Assembly (NCBI GenBank): GCA_965228425.1
Contig: OZ245815.1
Coordinates: 2,957,234 to 3,021,233 of the forward strand
Reading direction: 5' to 3'
Origin: Alphaproteobacteria bacterium
GTDB lineage: Bacteria > Pseudomonadota > Alphaproteobacteria > UBA8366
Length of the DNA: 64,000 bases
Shown here in pieces: positions 48,064-56,214 of the stretch (positions within the stretch are counted from its first letter, which is position 1; the number at the start of each line of letters is the position of its first letter). Position numbers and translations under genes: made by a program. Under the pieces are notes generated by a model. It was not told the origin of the DNA and searched no databases. It saw nothing but the letters and a program-made list of their open reading frames with translations.

Positions 48064-48099
48064 ACAAAAAAGCCTCGCCGGACGAATGCCCGGCGAGGC
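48064..48099 (-). terminator. strong intrinsic terminator after the small ORF
   Basis: The minus strand reads GCCUCGCCGG-gcauucgu-CCGGCGAGGC (10-bp stem) followed by UUUUUU. Confidence 0.7.
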
Positions 48100-48140
48100 G
48101 GAGGCTTCAGCCACTGGGAGGAGGCTGGAGTAAAACTCTT

Positions 48141-48296
48141 TTACCGGCCCTGATGAAGGATCCGGCGCAGACCGTGGACCAAAAACTCGGCCCGGGCCCG
48201 GCTGGCCCTGCTGATCACGCTGGCAATTTCGTCGTCGGTGGGCAGCGCGCCGTTCGGCAGCGGGGCCAACCCTTTGATGTCTCGGTTATACGGCAT
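48141..48296 (-). CDS. small hypothetical protein (51 aa)
   Basis: MPYNRDIKGLAPLPNGALPTDDEIASVISRASRARAEFLVHGLRRILHQGR. AGGAG SD 8 nt upstream and its own terminator 41 nt downstream. Confidence 0.45.
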   Translation of the reverse strand: MPYNRDIKGLAPLPNGALPTDDEIASVISRASRARAEFLVHGLRRILHQGR

Positions 48297-48497
48297 ATTT
48301 CGAACTCCTAAGCTTGCATCCAATATTCAGAGAAATTTAACTGTAACAGTCCGCATCTTCTGGCAAGCGTTTAACGATTGTTAATGATATCGCCTATATT
48401 CCCTAGTGTTGCTAAGGTATATAGGCTTGATTCCTTGCCTGGACAAACGATCATTTTTCATGTTCAATTTTAGAAAATCTAAAGTTAGGAATATTTG

Positions 48498-49409
48498 ATG
48501 GCGACCCGCTTGCCGCCGCTGAACGCGCTCCGGGCATTCGATGCGTCCGCACGCCACCGTAGTTTCACGCGGGCGGCCGAGGATTTGAGCGTGACCCCGG
48601 CGGCCATAAGCCACCAAATCAAGGGGCTCGAGGAGTATCTCGGTGCGAAACTGTTCCGCCGCGCCAAGGGGACACTCATGCTCACCGAGGCGGGGCAACG
48701 CATCATGCCCGGCGTCCGCAAGGGGTTTTCGGCCTTCGAGGAGGCGATGGAGAATTTCGGACTGTACGACCAGACGGGACAGATCAACGTGGCGGTGACG
48801 CCGTCCTTCGGTGCGAAATGGCTGATTCCCCGCTTGGAACACTTCAACGCGGCGCATCCGGAGATCGATATCCGGATTTCGACCACGATGGAGATCATCG
48901 ATTACGAGCAGGAAGGGGTCGATATCGGCATCCGCTTCGGACGCGGCGAATATCCCGGTTTGGTGGTCGAACCGTTGCTCAGTTCCGAGGTCACGCCCGT
49001 TTGCAGTCCGGAGCTCTTGCAGGGCGACCACCCAAAGCTCGAGAAGCCGAGCGACCTGCGGCATTTCACGCTGTTGCACGATGAGAGCCCCTTGCTGGAC
49101 GAAGCGCATCCGAATTGGGCCATGTGGTTGTTGGCGGCAGGCGTCACCGACGTGGATGCGAGTCACGGCATGCGCTTTGACAGCGCAAGCTCGGCCATCA
49201 GCGCCGCGATCGAAGGGGTCGGGGTCGCGCTCGGACGCACCGCCCTGATCGGCCGCGATATCGCCGCGGGCCGGTTGGTGCGGCTGTTCAAGCTCAGCCT
49301 GCCGATCCGCTTCGGCTACTATGTCGTCTATCCCGAGCGTAGTCGCAATCGTCCGAAGGTCATGACCTTCCGCGACTGGTTGTTCGAGGAAGTCCGCGAG
49401 CCGGGCTAG
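48498..49409 (+). CDS. LysR-family transcriptional regulator (GcvA-like subfamily)
   Basis: MATRLPPLNALRAFDASARHRSFTRAAEDLSVTPAAISHQIKGLEEYLGAKLFRR closely follows the GcvA-type N-terminus. Confidence 0.85.
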   Translation: MATRLPPLNALRAFDASARHRSFTRAAEDLSVTPAAISHQIKGLEEYLGAKLFRRAKGTLMLTEAGQRIMPGVRKGFSAFEEAMENFGLYDQTGQINVAVTPSFGAKWLIPRLEHFNAAHPEIDIRISTTMEIIDYEQEGVDIGIRFGRGEYPGLVVEPLLSSEVTPVCSPELLQGDHPKLEKPSDLRHFTLLHDESPLLDEAHPNWAMWLLAAGVTDVDASHGMRFDSASSAISAAIEGVGVALGRTALIGRDIAAGRLVRLFKLSLPIRFGYYVVYPERSRNRPKVMTFRDWLFEEVREPG

Positions 49410-50464
49410 GGTATCGCCCGGCGCGCTGCGACATCTCCCGCCAGCTGTTCCAGGGCTGCTTCGGATGCTTCCCAATCGATGCAGCCGTCCGTGATGCTCT
49501 GGCCGTAGGTTAGCGCTTGCCCGGGCACCAAATCCTGGCGGCCGCCGACCAAATTGCTCTCCGCCATGACCCCGATGATCCGCCCGTCGCCGTCGGCGAT
49601 CTGTCGGCCGACATCCGCGAGGACATTTGGCTGGTTTTCCGGCCTTTTTGCGCTGTTGGCGTGGCTTGCATCGATCATCACCGCCGGCTGCAGCCCCGAC
49701 TTCACAGCGATCGCGCAGGCGTCGTTGACACTGTCGGCGTCATAATTCGGCTTGCGGCCACCGCGGAGGATGATGTGGCAATCCGTGTTGCCGGCGGTGG
49801 CGGCGATGGCGGACCGGCCGTCCTTGGTCACCGCCATGAAATGATGCGGATGGGAGGCCGAACTCACGGCGTCGACCGCGATCTGGACGTTGCCGTTGGT
49901 GCCGTTCTTGAAGCCGACCGGGCAGGACACGCCGGACGCCAACTCACGGTGGACCTGACTTTCCGTCGTCCGGGCGCCGATCGCGGCCCAGGACACGAGA
50001 TCCGCGATGTATTGCGGCGTGGTCATCTCCAGGAATTCGCAGCCCGCCGGCAGGCCGAGCGCGTTGATGTCGAGCAGCAGCTTCCGGGCAAGCCGCAAGC
50101 CTTGCTCAATCTCGAAACTGCCGTCCAGGTTCGGGTCGTTGACCAGGCCTTTCCAGCCGACCGTGGTGCGCGGTTTCTCGAAATAGACCCGCATGATGAC
50201 CTCCAGCGTGTCTGCATGACGGTCGCGCAGCGCGGCCAGACGCTCTGCGTAGTCCATGGCCGCTTTTGGATCGTGTATCGAGCAGGGGCCGATGATCACG
50301 GCCAGCCGGTCGTCCTGCCGGTGGATGATGCGCTGGATCGCGCTGCGCGCCCCGGTCACGGTGCGGGTCACCGCAGCGTCGCGCGGCAACTCGCCCATGA
50401 CCTGGGCCGGGGTGTCGAGGGGTTTGATTTCGCGAATGCGAATGTCGTCTGTCGTGTCGAGCAC
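49406..50464 (-). CDS. aroG: 3-deoxy-7-phosphoheptulonate (DAHP) synthase, class I (AroF/G/H type; feedback specificity unknown)
   Basis: IREIKPL, LAVIIGPCSIHD, KPRTTVGWKGL, IGARTTESQVHRE, GVSCPVGFKNGT. GTG 50464 has an AAGGAG SD. The ORF is open to 50689. Confidence 0.9.
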   Translation of the reverse strand: MLDTTDDIRIREIKPLDTPAQVMGELPRDAAVTRTVTGARSAIQRIIHRQDDRLAVIIGPCSIHDPKAAMDYAERLAALRDRHADTLEVIMRVYFEKPRTTVGWKGLVNDPNLDGSFEIEQGLRLARKLLLDINALGLPAGCEFLEMTTPQYIADLVSWAAIGARTTESQVHRELASGVSCPVGFKNGTNGNVQIAVDAVSSASHPHHFMAVTKDGRSAIAATAGNTDCHIILRGGRKPNYDADSVNDACAIAVKSGLQPAVMIDASHANSAKRPENQPNVLADVGRQIADGDGRIIGVMAESNLVGGRQDLVPGQALTYGQSITDGCIDWEASEAALEQLAGDVAARRAIP

Positions 50465-50502
50465 GGCGTAAACTCCTTGTTTATGCGTCACGCCGGCGGC
50501 AC

Positions 50503-50528
50503 AAAAAAACCGCCAGGGACTGGCGGTT
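50503..50528 (-). terminator. intrinsic terminator inside the aroG 5' leader (attenuator segments 3:4)
   Basis: The minus strand reads AACCGCCAG-ucc-CUGGCGG followed by U7. It ends 38 nt before the aroG GTG. Confidence 0.65.
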
Positions 50529-50552
50529 CTGAGACTTTCTTCGGTCTTTGGT

Positions 50553-50636
50553 TTAGACCAAACGCATCCCTTCCGCCGCCAAAGGCTTCGGATAGCCAAA
50601 AAACCAAAAATAGGACGTGGCGGTCGAGTGATGCAT
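50553..50636 (-). CDS. candidate aromatic-amino-acid leader peptide (27 aa)
   Basis: I translated it codon by codon as ATG CAT CAC TCG ACC GCC ACG TCC TAT TTT TGG TTT TTT GGC TAT CCG AAG CCT TTG GCG GCG GAA GGG ATG CGT TTG GTC TAA, which gives MHHSTATSYFWFFGYPKPLAAEGMRLV. There is no obvious SD. Confidence 0.5.
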   Translation of the reverse strand: MHHSTATSYFWFFGYPKPLAAEGMRLV

Positions 50637-50700
50637 AGCCGGTTAAATAGTACCGCCGGATCGGTTTGTCCACGGTTCATTTCCGGCAATGCGCGACCGG

Positions 50701-50723
50701 CGGTTCGTTACGCGGTTCGTTAC
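50701..50723. repeat. tandem 12-bp direct repeat CGGTTCGTTAC(g/c)
   Basis: cggttcgttac at 50701-11 and 50713-23. Related copies are CGGTTCAT at 50683 and CGGTTG at 50725. It lies in the divergent aroG-leader/nitroreductase region. Confidence 0.6.
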
Positions 50724-50796
50724 CCGGTTGGCGTGTGGCCCGGCTGCCCGTATAAGATGCCGCCCAGCCGATAACAACAGCCGACCAAGGACGACA

Positions 50797-51528
50797 ATGA
50801 GCGCAAATGCCAAATCCGTTGATATGACCCCGCCGAAAGAGGCGGATGTCGCCACATCCGTTGACGACGCCATCGCCTCCCGGCGGTCGATCCGTGCCTT
50901 CTTGCCGACCCCGGTGCCCCGCCATTTGATGGAGCATATCCTGGAAGTGTCGGCGCGGGCGCCGAGCGGCACGAACATGCAGCCGTGGAAGGTTTATGTC
51001 GCCGCAGGCGCCGCGAAGGAACGCATGTCGCAGGCGATCCTGGATGCGTTCGAAGCGGGCGAGGTGCATAAGCGGAGCTGGAAATACTACCCGGACGAAT
51101 TCTTCGAACCTTACAAGTCGCGCCGCCGTAAGGTCGGCTGGGACCTCTACGGCACGCTCGGGATCGAGCGCGGCGAGACCGAGAAGATGAAGGCGGCACG
51201 GGCCCGGAACTACGTCTTTTTCGACGCGCCGGTCGGCCTGATCTTCGCCATCGACGACAAGCTAGAAATCGGCAGTTGGCTCGACTACGGCATGTTCATG
51301 GAGAACATCATGATCTCGGCACGCGGCCATGGCCTGCACACGATCCCGCAAGCCGCTTTCAGCGACTACCACGCGATAATCCGGGAACATCTGGGCATCC
51401 CCGAGGATCACACGATCATTTGCGGCATGTCGGTGGGCTATGCGGATTTGGACGCGCAGGTGAACCAGTTCAGCACCGAGCGCGCGCCGGTAGAGGGTTT
51501 CGCGACCTTTATCGATTATCCGGCTTAG
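50797..51528 (+). CDS. nitroreductase-family protein
   Basis: AIASRRSIRAFLPTPVP, APSGTNMQPW and the rest of the nitroreductase fold pattern. ATG 50797 lies inside the longer ORF. Confidence 0.85.
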   Translation: MSANAKSVDMTPPKEADVATSVDDAIASRRSIRAFLPTPVPRHLMEHILEVSARAPSGTNMQPWKVYVAAGAAKERMSQAILDAFEAGEVHKRSWKYYPDEFFEPYKSRRRKVGWDLYGTLGIERGETEKMKAARARNYVFFDAPVGLIFAIDDKLEIGSWLDYGMFMENIMISARGHGLHTIPQAAFSDYHAIIREHLGIPEDHTIICGMSVGYADLDAQVNQFSTERAPVEGFATFIDYPA

Positions 51529-52333
51529 GCGGGGGTACGCGTGGGGGTAAGGCCGCCGTTTGCGCCCGGCTGTATCGCCGGAAATGAGTCAGCAACTGCC
51601 TGACATCTGGGTTGAGTGCGTCCCACAACGCCATCTGTGATGGCGATTGCCGGCGCATGTGGTGCCGGAAGTCCGCGCAGTACCGGTTTTCCATGCGCCG
51701 CCTGAACAGGACGATGGAGCGGGACTTCTTCGGCACGTCGAAATCCTGGTAAGCCTGTTCCTCGAACAGCGACGCCTCGCATTCGAGGTCCAACTGTCGG
51801 CCCGTCGCGATACGGCCCTGCAGATGCTGCCCGCCATGGCCCGCCAACTCGTGAACGATGATGGCGGCCAGTTCCGGCACCGGCCATTTGACGCCGAACT
51901 GGTTGATCACCACGACGAATTCCTTGCCGTCGCTCAACTTCACGCCGCGCTTGCGGAGGAAGTCCGGGAGGAAGAGGGCCACGTTCTGCGTGTTCAGGCC
52001 GGTGCGGCTACGGAAATTGTTCGGAAAATACGCCAGAAGGACGAGACCACGTCGTTTCAGGGCGTCGATCCGGCGGGCATTGCGGGGGGACCGGTCGTAG
52101 ATCAACTCGATCGCGGCGGCGATCTTGTCGAGGCTTTCCGCCGCCGGCGGTACGGAGACATCGAACCGACTGTTGGTGGTCGGGGCGAAGGCCATCAGCC
52201 GCATGCCGCGATGGACGCGATCCATCACCGGGTCGGCATGGCCGATCTCGGTCGGCAGCAAGACTCCCCAGAGTCCGCCGAGAATCAGGCAAAGTCGGGC
52301 AATCCGGCCATTGATGAATGACAGACGAGGCAT
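51509..52333 (-). CDS. hypothetical exported protein with an HExxH motif
   Basis: N-terminal hydrophobic signal-like segment. IIVHELAGHGGQH. The 3' end overlaps the nitroreductase 3' end by 20 nt. Confidence 0.5.
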   Translation of the reverse strand: MPRLSFINGRIARLCLILGGLWGVLLPTEIGHADPVMDRVHRGMRLMAFAPTTNSRFDVSVPPAAESLDKIAAAIELIYDRSPRNARRIDALKRRGLVLLAYFPNNFRSRTGLNTQNVALFLPDFLRKRGVKLSDGKEFVVVINQFGVKWPVPELAAIIVHELAGHGGQHLQGRIATGRQLDLECEASLFEEQAYQDFDVPKKSRSIVLFRRRMENRYCADFRHHMRRQSPSQMALWDALNPDVRQLLTHFRRYSRAQTAALPPRVPPPKPDNR

Positions 52334-52432
52334 AATTGAGGATTGTAGGGAGCGGGGATTAACGTGAGGTTGATGCCCAGCCTATACGTGTCGGATTTGC
52401 AGGGATCGAGACCCAAAAGGAGAGAATTTCAC

Positions 52433-53137
52433 ATGGCCAAGAAAGAAGCAGCAGTGATTGTCGGAAGCGGCCGGGGGCTCAGCGCGTCGTTGGCGCGTCT
52501 GTTCGCCCGCGAGGGGATACAGGTATCCCTGGCGGCCCGGGACGTGGATAAGCTCGCGGATCTGGCCAACGAAACCGAGGCCGCGGTCTATCCCTGCGAC
52601 GCGAGCCAGCCGGCGGATGTCGAGAAGCTTTTCGCCGGCCTGGTGGAAAGCGGCGGCGTGCCGGATATCGTGGTCTACAACGCCAGCAACCGCGGGGGCC
52701 GCGGCCCGATCGTCGACCTCGACCCCGAGGCGGTGCGCCAAGCGATTCTGGTGACCTGCTATGGCGGCTTCCTCGTCGGGCAGGTGGCTGCGCGGCTCAT
52801 GATGGAGCGAGGCCAAGGCACGATCCTGTTTACCGGCGCATCGGCGAGCTACAAGGGCTATCCAAACTCGTCCTCTTTCGCGATGGGCAAGTTCGGACTG
52901 CGCGGGTTGGCGCAGAGCATGGCGCGGGAACTCGCCCCCAAGAATATCCATGTGGCGCATTTTCCGATCGACGGCGGGATCCGCCAAGGCGACGACGATC
53001 CGCGGATCGAAGGACGGCCGGAAGACGGCTTGCTCCATCCGGATGCGATCGCCGAAACCTATCTGCATGTGCATCGTCAGCACCGCAGCGCTTGGAGCTG
53101 GGAGGTCGAACTCCGGCCCTGGACCGAATCCTTCTAG
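52433..53137 (+). CDS. SDR-family oxidoreductase
   Basis: AAVIVGSGRGLSASLA, YNASN, and the SSFAMGKFG Y/K region. AAAGGAGAG SD. Confidence 0.85.
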   Translation: MAKKEAAVIVGSGRGLSASLARLFAREGIQVSLAARDVDKLADLANETEAAVYPCDASQPADVEKLFAGLVESGGVPDIVVYNASNRGGRGPIVDLDPEAVRQAILVTCYGGFLVGQVAARLMMERGQGTILFTGASASYKGYPNSSSFAMGKFGLRGLAQSMARELAPKNIHVAHFPIDGGIRQGDDDPRIEGRPEDGLLHPDAIAETYLHVHRQHRSAWSWEVELRPWTESF

Positions 53138-53146
53138 GGCAGCAGT

Positions 53147-54265
53147 CTAGCGGATACTCGCCATCATGCGGCCGGCGAATTCGTCGATCTTGTTCTGATC
53201 GATCCAGCGGGCGACCACCACAAGGTCCAGCGCCGGATCGAGCCAAATGATGCTGGTGCCTGCGCCGACGGCGAAGAAGCTGCTTTCCGGCGCATTGGCG
53301 TAGTAGGACCGGTCCGGGTTGAGCCACCAGAGCAAGCCGTAGCCCGCGTTGATGTCGCAGGGCGCGTGCAGGGCGTCGACATAATCGGCGGGCAGAATTT
53401 CGGCGCCTTGCCATTGCCCGTTCTGCAGGATCAATTGCCCGACGCGGGCGTGATCGAGCGTGCTGATCCAAAGACCGCCGCCCCAATGCGAGCCGCCGGG
53501 CACCGATTGCATCTCGCTGCCGTCCAACTCGATGGTGGAATTGCGGTATCCGTGCCATTCCCAGTCGCTGGACGCGCCGATCGGGTCCATTACGCGCTCG
53601 CGCAGGACGTCGGGCAGGGGCCGCCGGAAAAGCTGCATCAGCGACAGCGAGAAGCGATTGACCCGGACGTCGTTGTATTCCCAATAGGTTCCCGGCGCCT
53701 GCAAGTCGCGGTGCTGTCCCTTCCGCGAGTTATCCGCCCCGGCGCCGACCTGCCGGTTACGGTCGATCAGGTCCGACTTGGTCCACAGTTCGCCTTCCCA
53801 CTCGCTGGTCTGGGTCAGCATGTGCCGCCAGGTGATGCCGCGGTTCTGCGGCGCGGCATAGCCGTCGTCGAGCGCGTAGTCGTGGATCGGATCGTCCAGG
53901 TCGTTGATCAGCTTGTCCTTGAGAGCGATGCCCGTCAGGATCGAGAGATAACTCTTGGCGATGCTAAAGGTCATGTCCGCGCGGGCGACGTCGCCCCAGG
54001 CCGCGACGAACTTGCCGCCGCGCATCACGACCCCGTTCGGCCCGGTGCGGGGCTTGGTAGGACCCAGGACTTCGTTCCAGGGCGGCGGTTCGATATCGCC
54101 TGATGCGGCGAGGCCCTCGCTCAGGTCGTAAGGCCAGGGCGTTTCCGCCTCGGTCTCCGCATATTGGATAGCGTCCTGTAGTTTTTCGGGATCAAATCCA
54201 CAATCCGCCGGGTCGGCACAGGTCATCGGATCGATTGCGCCGGCGATATCCCTCAAGTCGTCCAT
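53147..54265 (-). CDS. serine hydrolase (beta-lactamase/transpeptidase-like, class-C-type fold)
   Basis: SxxK motif FSIAKSY. The length and pattern are typical of the beta-lactamase-related serine hydrolase family. Confidence 0.75.
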   Translation of the reverse strand: MDDLRDIAGAIDPMTCADPADCGFDPEKLQDAIQYAETEAETPWPYDLSEGLAASGDIEPPPWNEVLGPTKPRTGPNGVVMRGGKFVAAWGDVARADMTFSIAKSYLSILTGIALKDKLINDLDDPIHDYALDDGYAAPQNRGITWRHMLTQTSEWEGELWTKSDLIDRNRQVGAGADNSRKGQHRDLQAPGTYWEYNDVRVNRFSLSLMQLFRRPLPDVLRERVMDPIGASSDWEWHGYRNSTIELDGSEMQSVPGGSHWGGGLWISTLDHARVGQLILQNGQWQGAEILPADYVDALHAPCDINAGYGLLWWLNPDRSYYANAPESSFFAVGAGTSIIWLDPALDLVVVARWIDQNKIDEFAGRMMASIR

Positions 54266-54350
54266 TTGTCCGCTCTCCCCTTCACCGAATAGTATCCGTT
54301 AGGCCGCGACGGCATGTGTCAAAGAATGAACCGAATTGGTGGAGGGAACA

Positions 54351-55148
54351 ATGGCGACGGAAACGCAATCGGATGCATCAAGCCCGGTTCTACTGGACTT
54401 CGACGATCGTGGCGATGCCGGCCGCATCGCGCGAATTACCTTCAACAATCCGGAGAAGCGGAATGCGCTCGGCCTCGCAGGCAAGGAGAAGTTCATCGAG
54501 GTGATGACGGGCCTCAAGCACGACGAAAGCCTACGCGCGGTCGTTTTGACCGGGGCCGGCGACCGGTCCTTCGTCGGCGGGACCAATCTCGCCGAGATGG
54601 CGAATTTCGACCTCGACGACGCCGAAGGCTCCTCGACGAAGACTCATCGTGTGTGCGATGCGGTGCGCACATTTCCGGTGCCGGTGATTGCCCGGATCAA
54701 CGGCTACTGCTTCGGCTCCGGCATGGAGATCGCCGCCTGCGCCGACATGCGGGTCGGTGCGGATCACGCCAAGTTCGGCATGCCCGAGACCCGCTTCGGC
54801 ATCCCATCCGGCATGGAGGCGTCGATCCTGCCGCAAATCATCGGCTGGGGTAAGGCGGTCGAATTGGTGCTGACCGGCGACCATATCGATGCGGACGAAG
54901 CCTATCGCATCGGATTCCTGCAGCGCCTGGTGCCGACGGCGGGGTTGGACGATGCGGTGGAGAGCTGGATTCAGTCATTGCTGGCGTGCGGCCCGTTGGC
55001 GGTGCGGATCCAGAAACGCCTGATCATCGATTGGGACCGGATGTCGACGACCGACGGCGCCCGGGCGGGCATCCAGGCTTACGTGGACTCGTACCGGACC
55101 GACGAGCCCAAGCGTATGATGACGGCCTTCCTGAACCGGAAGAAATAA
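54351..55148 (+). CDS. enoyl-CoA hydratase/isomerase (crotonase) family protein
   Basis: ITFNNPEKRNAL, VVLTGAGDRSFVGG, PVIARINGYCFGSGMEIAACADMR. GGAGGG SD. Confidence 0.85.
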   Translation: MATETQSDASSPVLLDFDDRGDAGRIARITFNNPEKRNALGLAGKEKFIEVMTGLKHDESLRAVVLTGAGDRSFVGGTNLAEMANFDLDDAEGSSTKTHRVCDAVRTFPVPVIARINGYCFGSGMEIAACADMRVGADHAKFGMPETRFGIPSGMEASILPQIIGWGKAVELVLTGDHIDADEAYRIGFLQRLVPTAGLDDAVESWIQSLLACGPLAVRIQKRLIIDWDRMSTTDGARAGIQAYVDSYRTDEPKRMMTAFLNRKK

Positions 55149-55167
55149 CGGCAGAAAGAGAGCAAAA

Positions 55168-56193
55168 ATGACCGATATCCAGTTCGGCCTGATGATCCGC
55201 GGCCAGTTTCCACAGGACGAGGACATGGGCGCGCGGTTCGAGGAGATGGCGGAACAGGTCCGTCTGATCGACCGGCTTGGCTTCGCGTCGCTAACGAAGG
55301 GGATGCATTACTCGTCGCATCCGCTGCAGGCGTTCAACCAGACCGTCTTTCATTCGCGCATGGCGGCGGAATCGCAGAACCTCCGGCTCAATTTCGGGAT
55401 CATCCTGTTATCCCTGCATAAGCCCCTGGATATCGCCGAACAGCTCGCCTCGCTCGACGTCATGACGAAGGGGCGGGTGATCTTCGGCGCGGCGCTCGGC
55501 TACCGGGAGGTCGAACTGGCGGCCTTCGGCGTCGAGCGGAAGCAGATCGTCCGGCGGTTCACCGAGAATATCGAGGCCATCAAGCGATTGTGGACCGAAG
55601 ACAAAGTGTCCATGAAAGGCACCTATTTCGACCTGCTGGACGCCAATGTGTCGGTCAAACCGGTACAGAAACCGCGTCCGCCGATCTGGATCGGCGCCAA
55701 CGCGGACCCGGCGATCGAGCGGGCGGCGCGGATCGGCGATTGCTGGTACGTCAATCCGCATAACCGGATGGACACGATCCACAAGCAGATCGACGTCTAC
55801 AAGCGGGCCTTGGACGACGCCGGCAAGCCCTTCCCGGAGGAGTTCCCCGGACGCCGCGAGTGTTTCGTCGCGAGCTCGCGCGAGGAGGCAATCCGGCTAT
55901 GCCGGCCGTATCTCGCCAAGAAATACGAGGTTTATCACGCCTGGGGTCAGGACAAGGTGATGCCCGAGGGGGACAACGACCTGGGACTCGATTTTGACGA
56001 GTTGATCAAAGACCGCTTCTTCCTGGGCGGGCCGGACGAGGTCGCGGAACAAATCATCGACTACACGAAACAGACCGGCATCAACCATCATGTCCTGAGC
56101 TGCCAGTGGCCCGGTATGCCGCAGAACCTGGTATTGGACACGCTGCAACTGCTGGCGGAAGAGGTGTTCCCGCGCGTGCGTCAGGGCGTTTGA
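55168..56193 (+). CDS. LLM-class flavin-dependent oxidoreductase
   Basis: 341 aa. FGLMIRGQFP..., a luciferase-like TIM-barrel pattern and PPIWIGANA. Confidence 0.82.
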   Translation: MTDIQFGLMIRGQFPQDEDMGARFEEMAEQVRLIDRLGFASLTKGMHYSSHPLQAFNQTVFHSRMAAESQNLRLNFGIILLSLHKPLDIAEQLASLDVMTKGRVIFGAALGYREVELAAFGVERKQIVRRFTENIEAIKRLWTEDKVSMKGTYFDLLDANVSVKPVQKPRPPIWIGANADPAIERAARIGDCWYVNPHNRMDTIHKQIDVYKRALDDAGKPFPEEFPGRRECFVASSREEAIRLCRPYLAKKYEVYHAWGQDKVMPEGDNDLGLDFDELIKDRFFLGGPDEVAEQIIDYTKQTGINHHVLSCQWPGMPQNLVLDTLQLLAEEVFPRVRQGV

Positions 56194-56214
56194 CGCGGCA
56201 TCCTCAGGCGTTGC

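Larger units (their letters stand above)
50465..50636 (-). promoter_or_regulatory. candidate ribosome-mediated transcription attenuator (leader region) of the DAHP synthase gene
   Basis: A leader ORF and four alternately complementary CCGCCA/UGGCGG segments, the last two forming the terminator. See the finding. Confidence 0.55.

Noticed and set aside
34720-48390. Recurring CGTTAA/GTTAA(T) hexamers in several AT-rich intergenic regions (upstream of nupC, upstream of the membrane/vWA operon, the LysR region) as a possible shared regulon motif
   Set aside because: A rough base-composition estimate predicts more than ten chance occurrences of such a hexamer in 64 kb on both strands. The flanking contexts and spacings also differ, so this is not enough to claim a common regulator.
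49517-50638. 373-aa plus-strand ORF, and the 48381..49475 minus-strand ORF
   Set aside because: They are antisense to the well-supported DAHP synthase and LysR genes respectively.
50488-50673. 61-aa minus-strand ORF in the aroG leader (MDKPIRRYYLTGYASLDRHVLFLVFWLSEAF...)
   Set aside because: It is in a different frame from the 27-codon leader and would read straight through the terminator hairpin into the aroG SD. The short ORF, with its concentrated YFWFFGY run and a stop before the terminator, fits attenuator logic much better.
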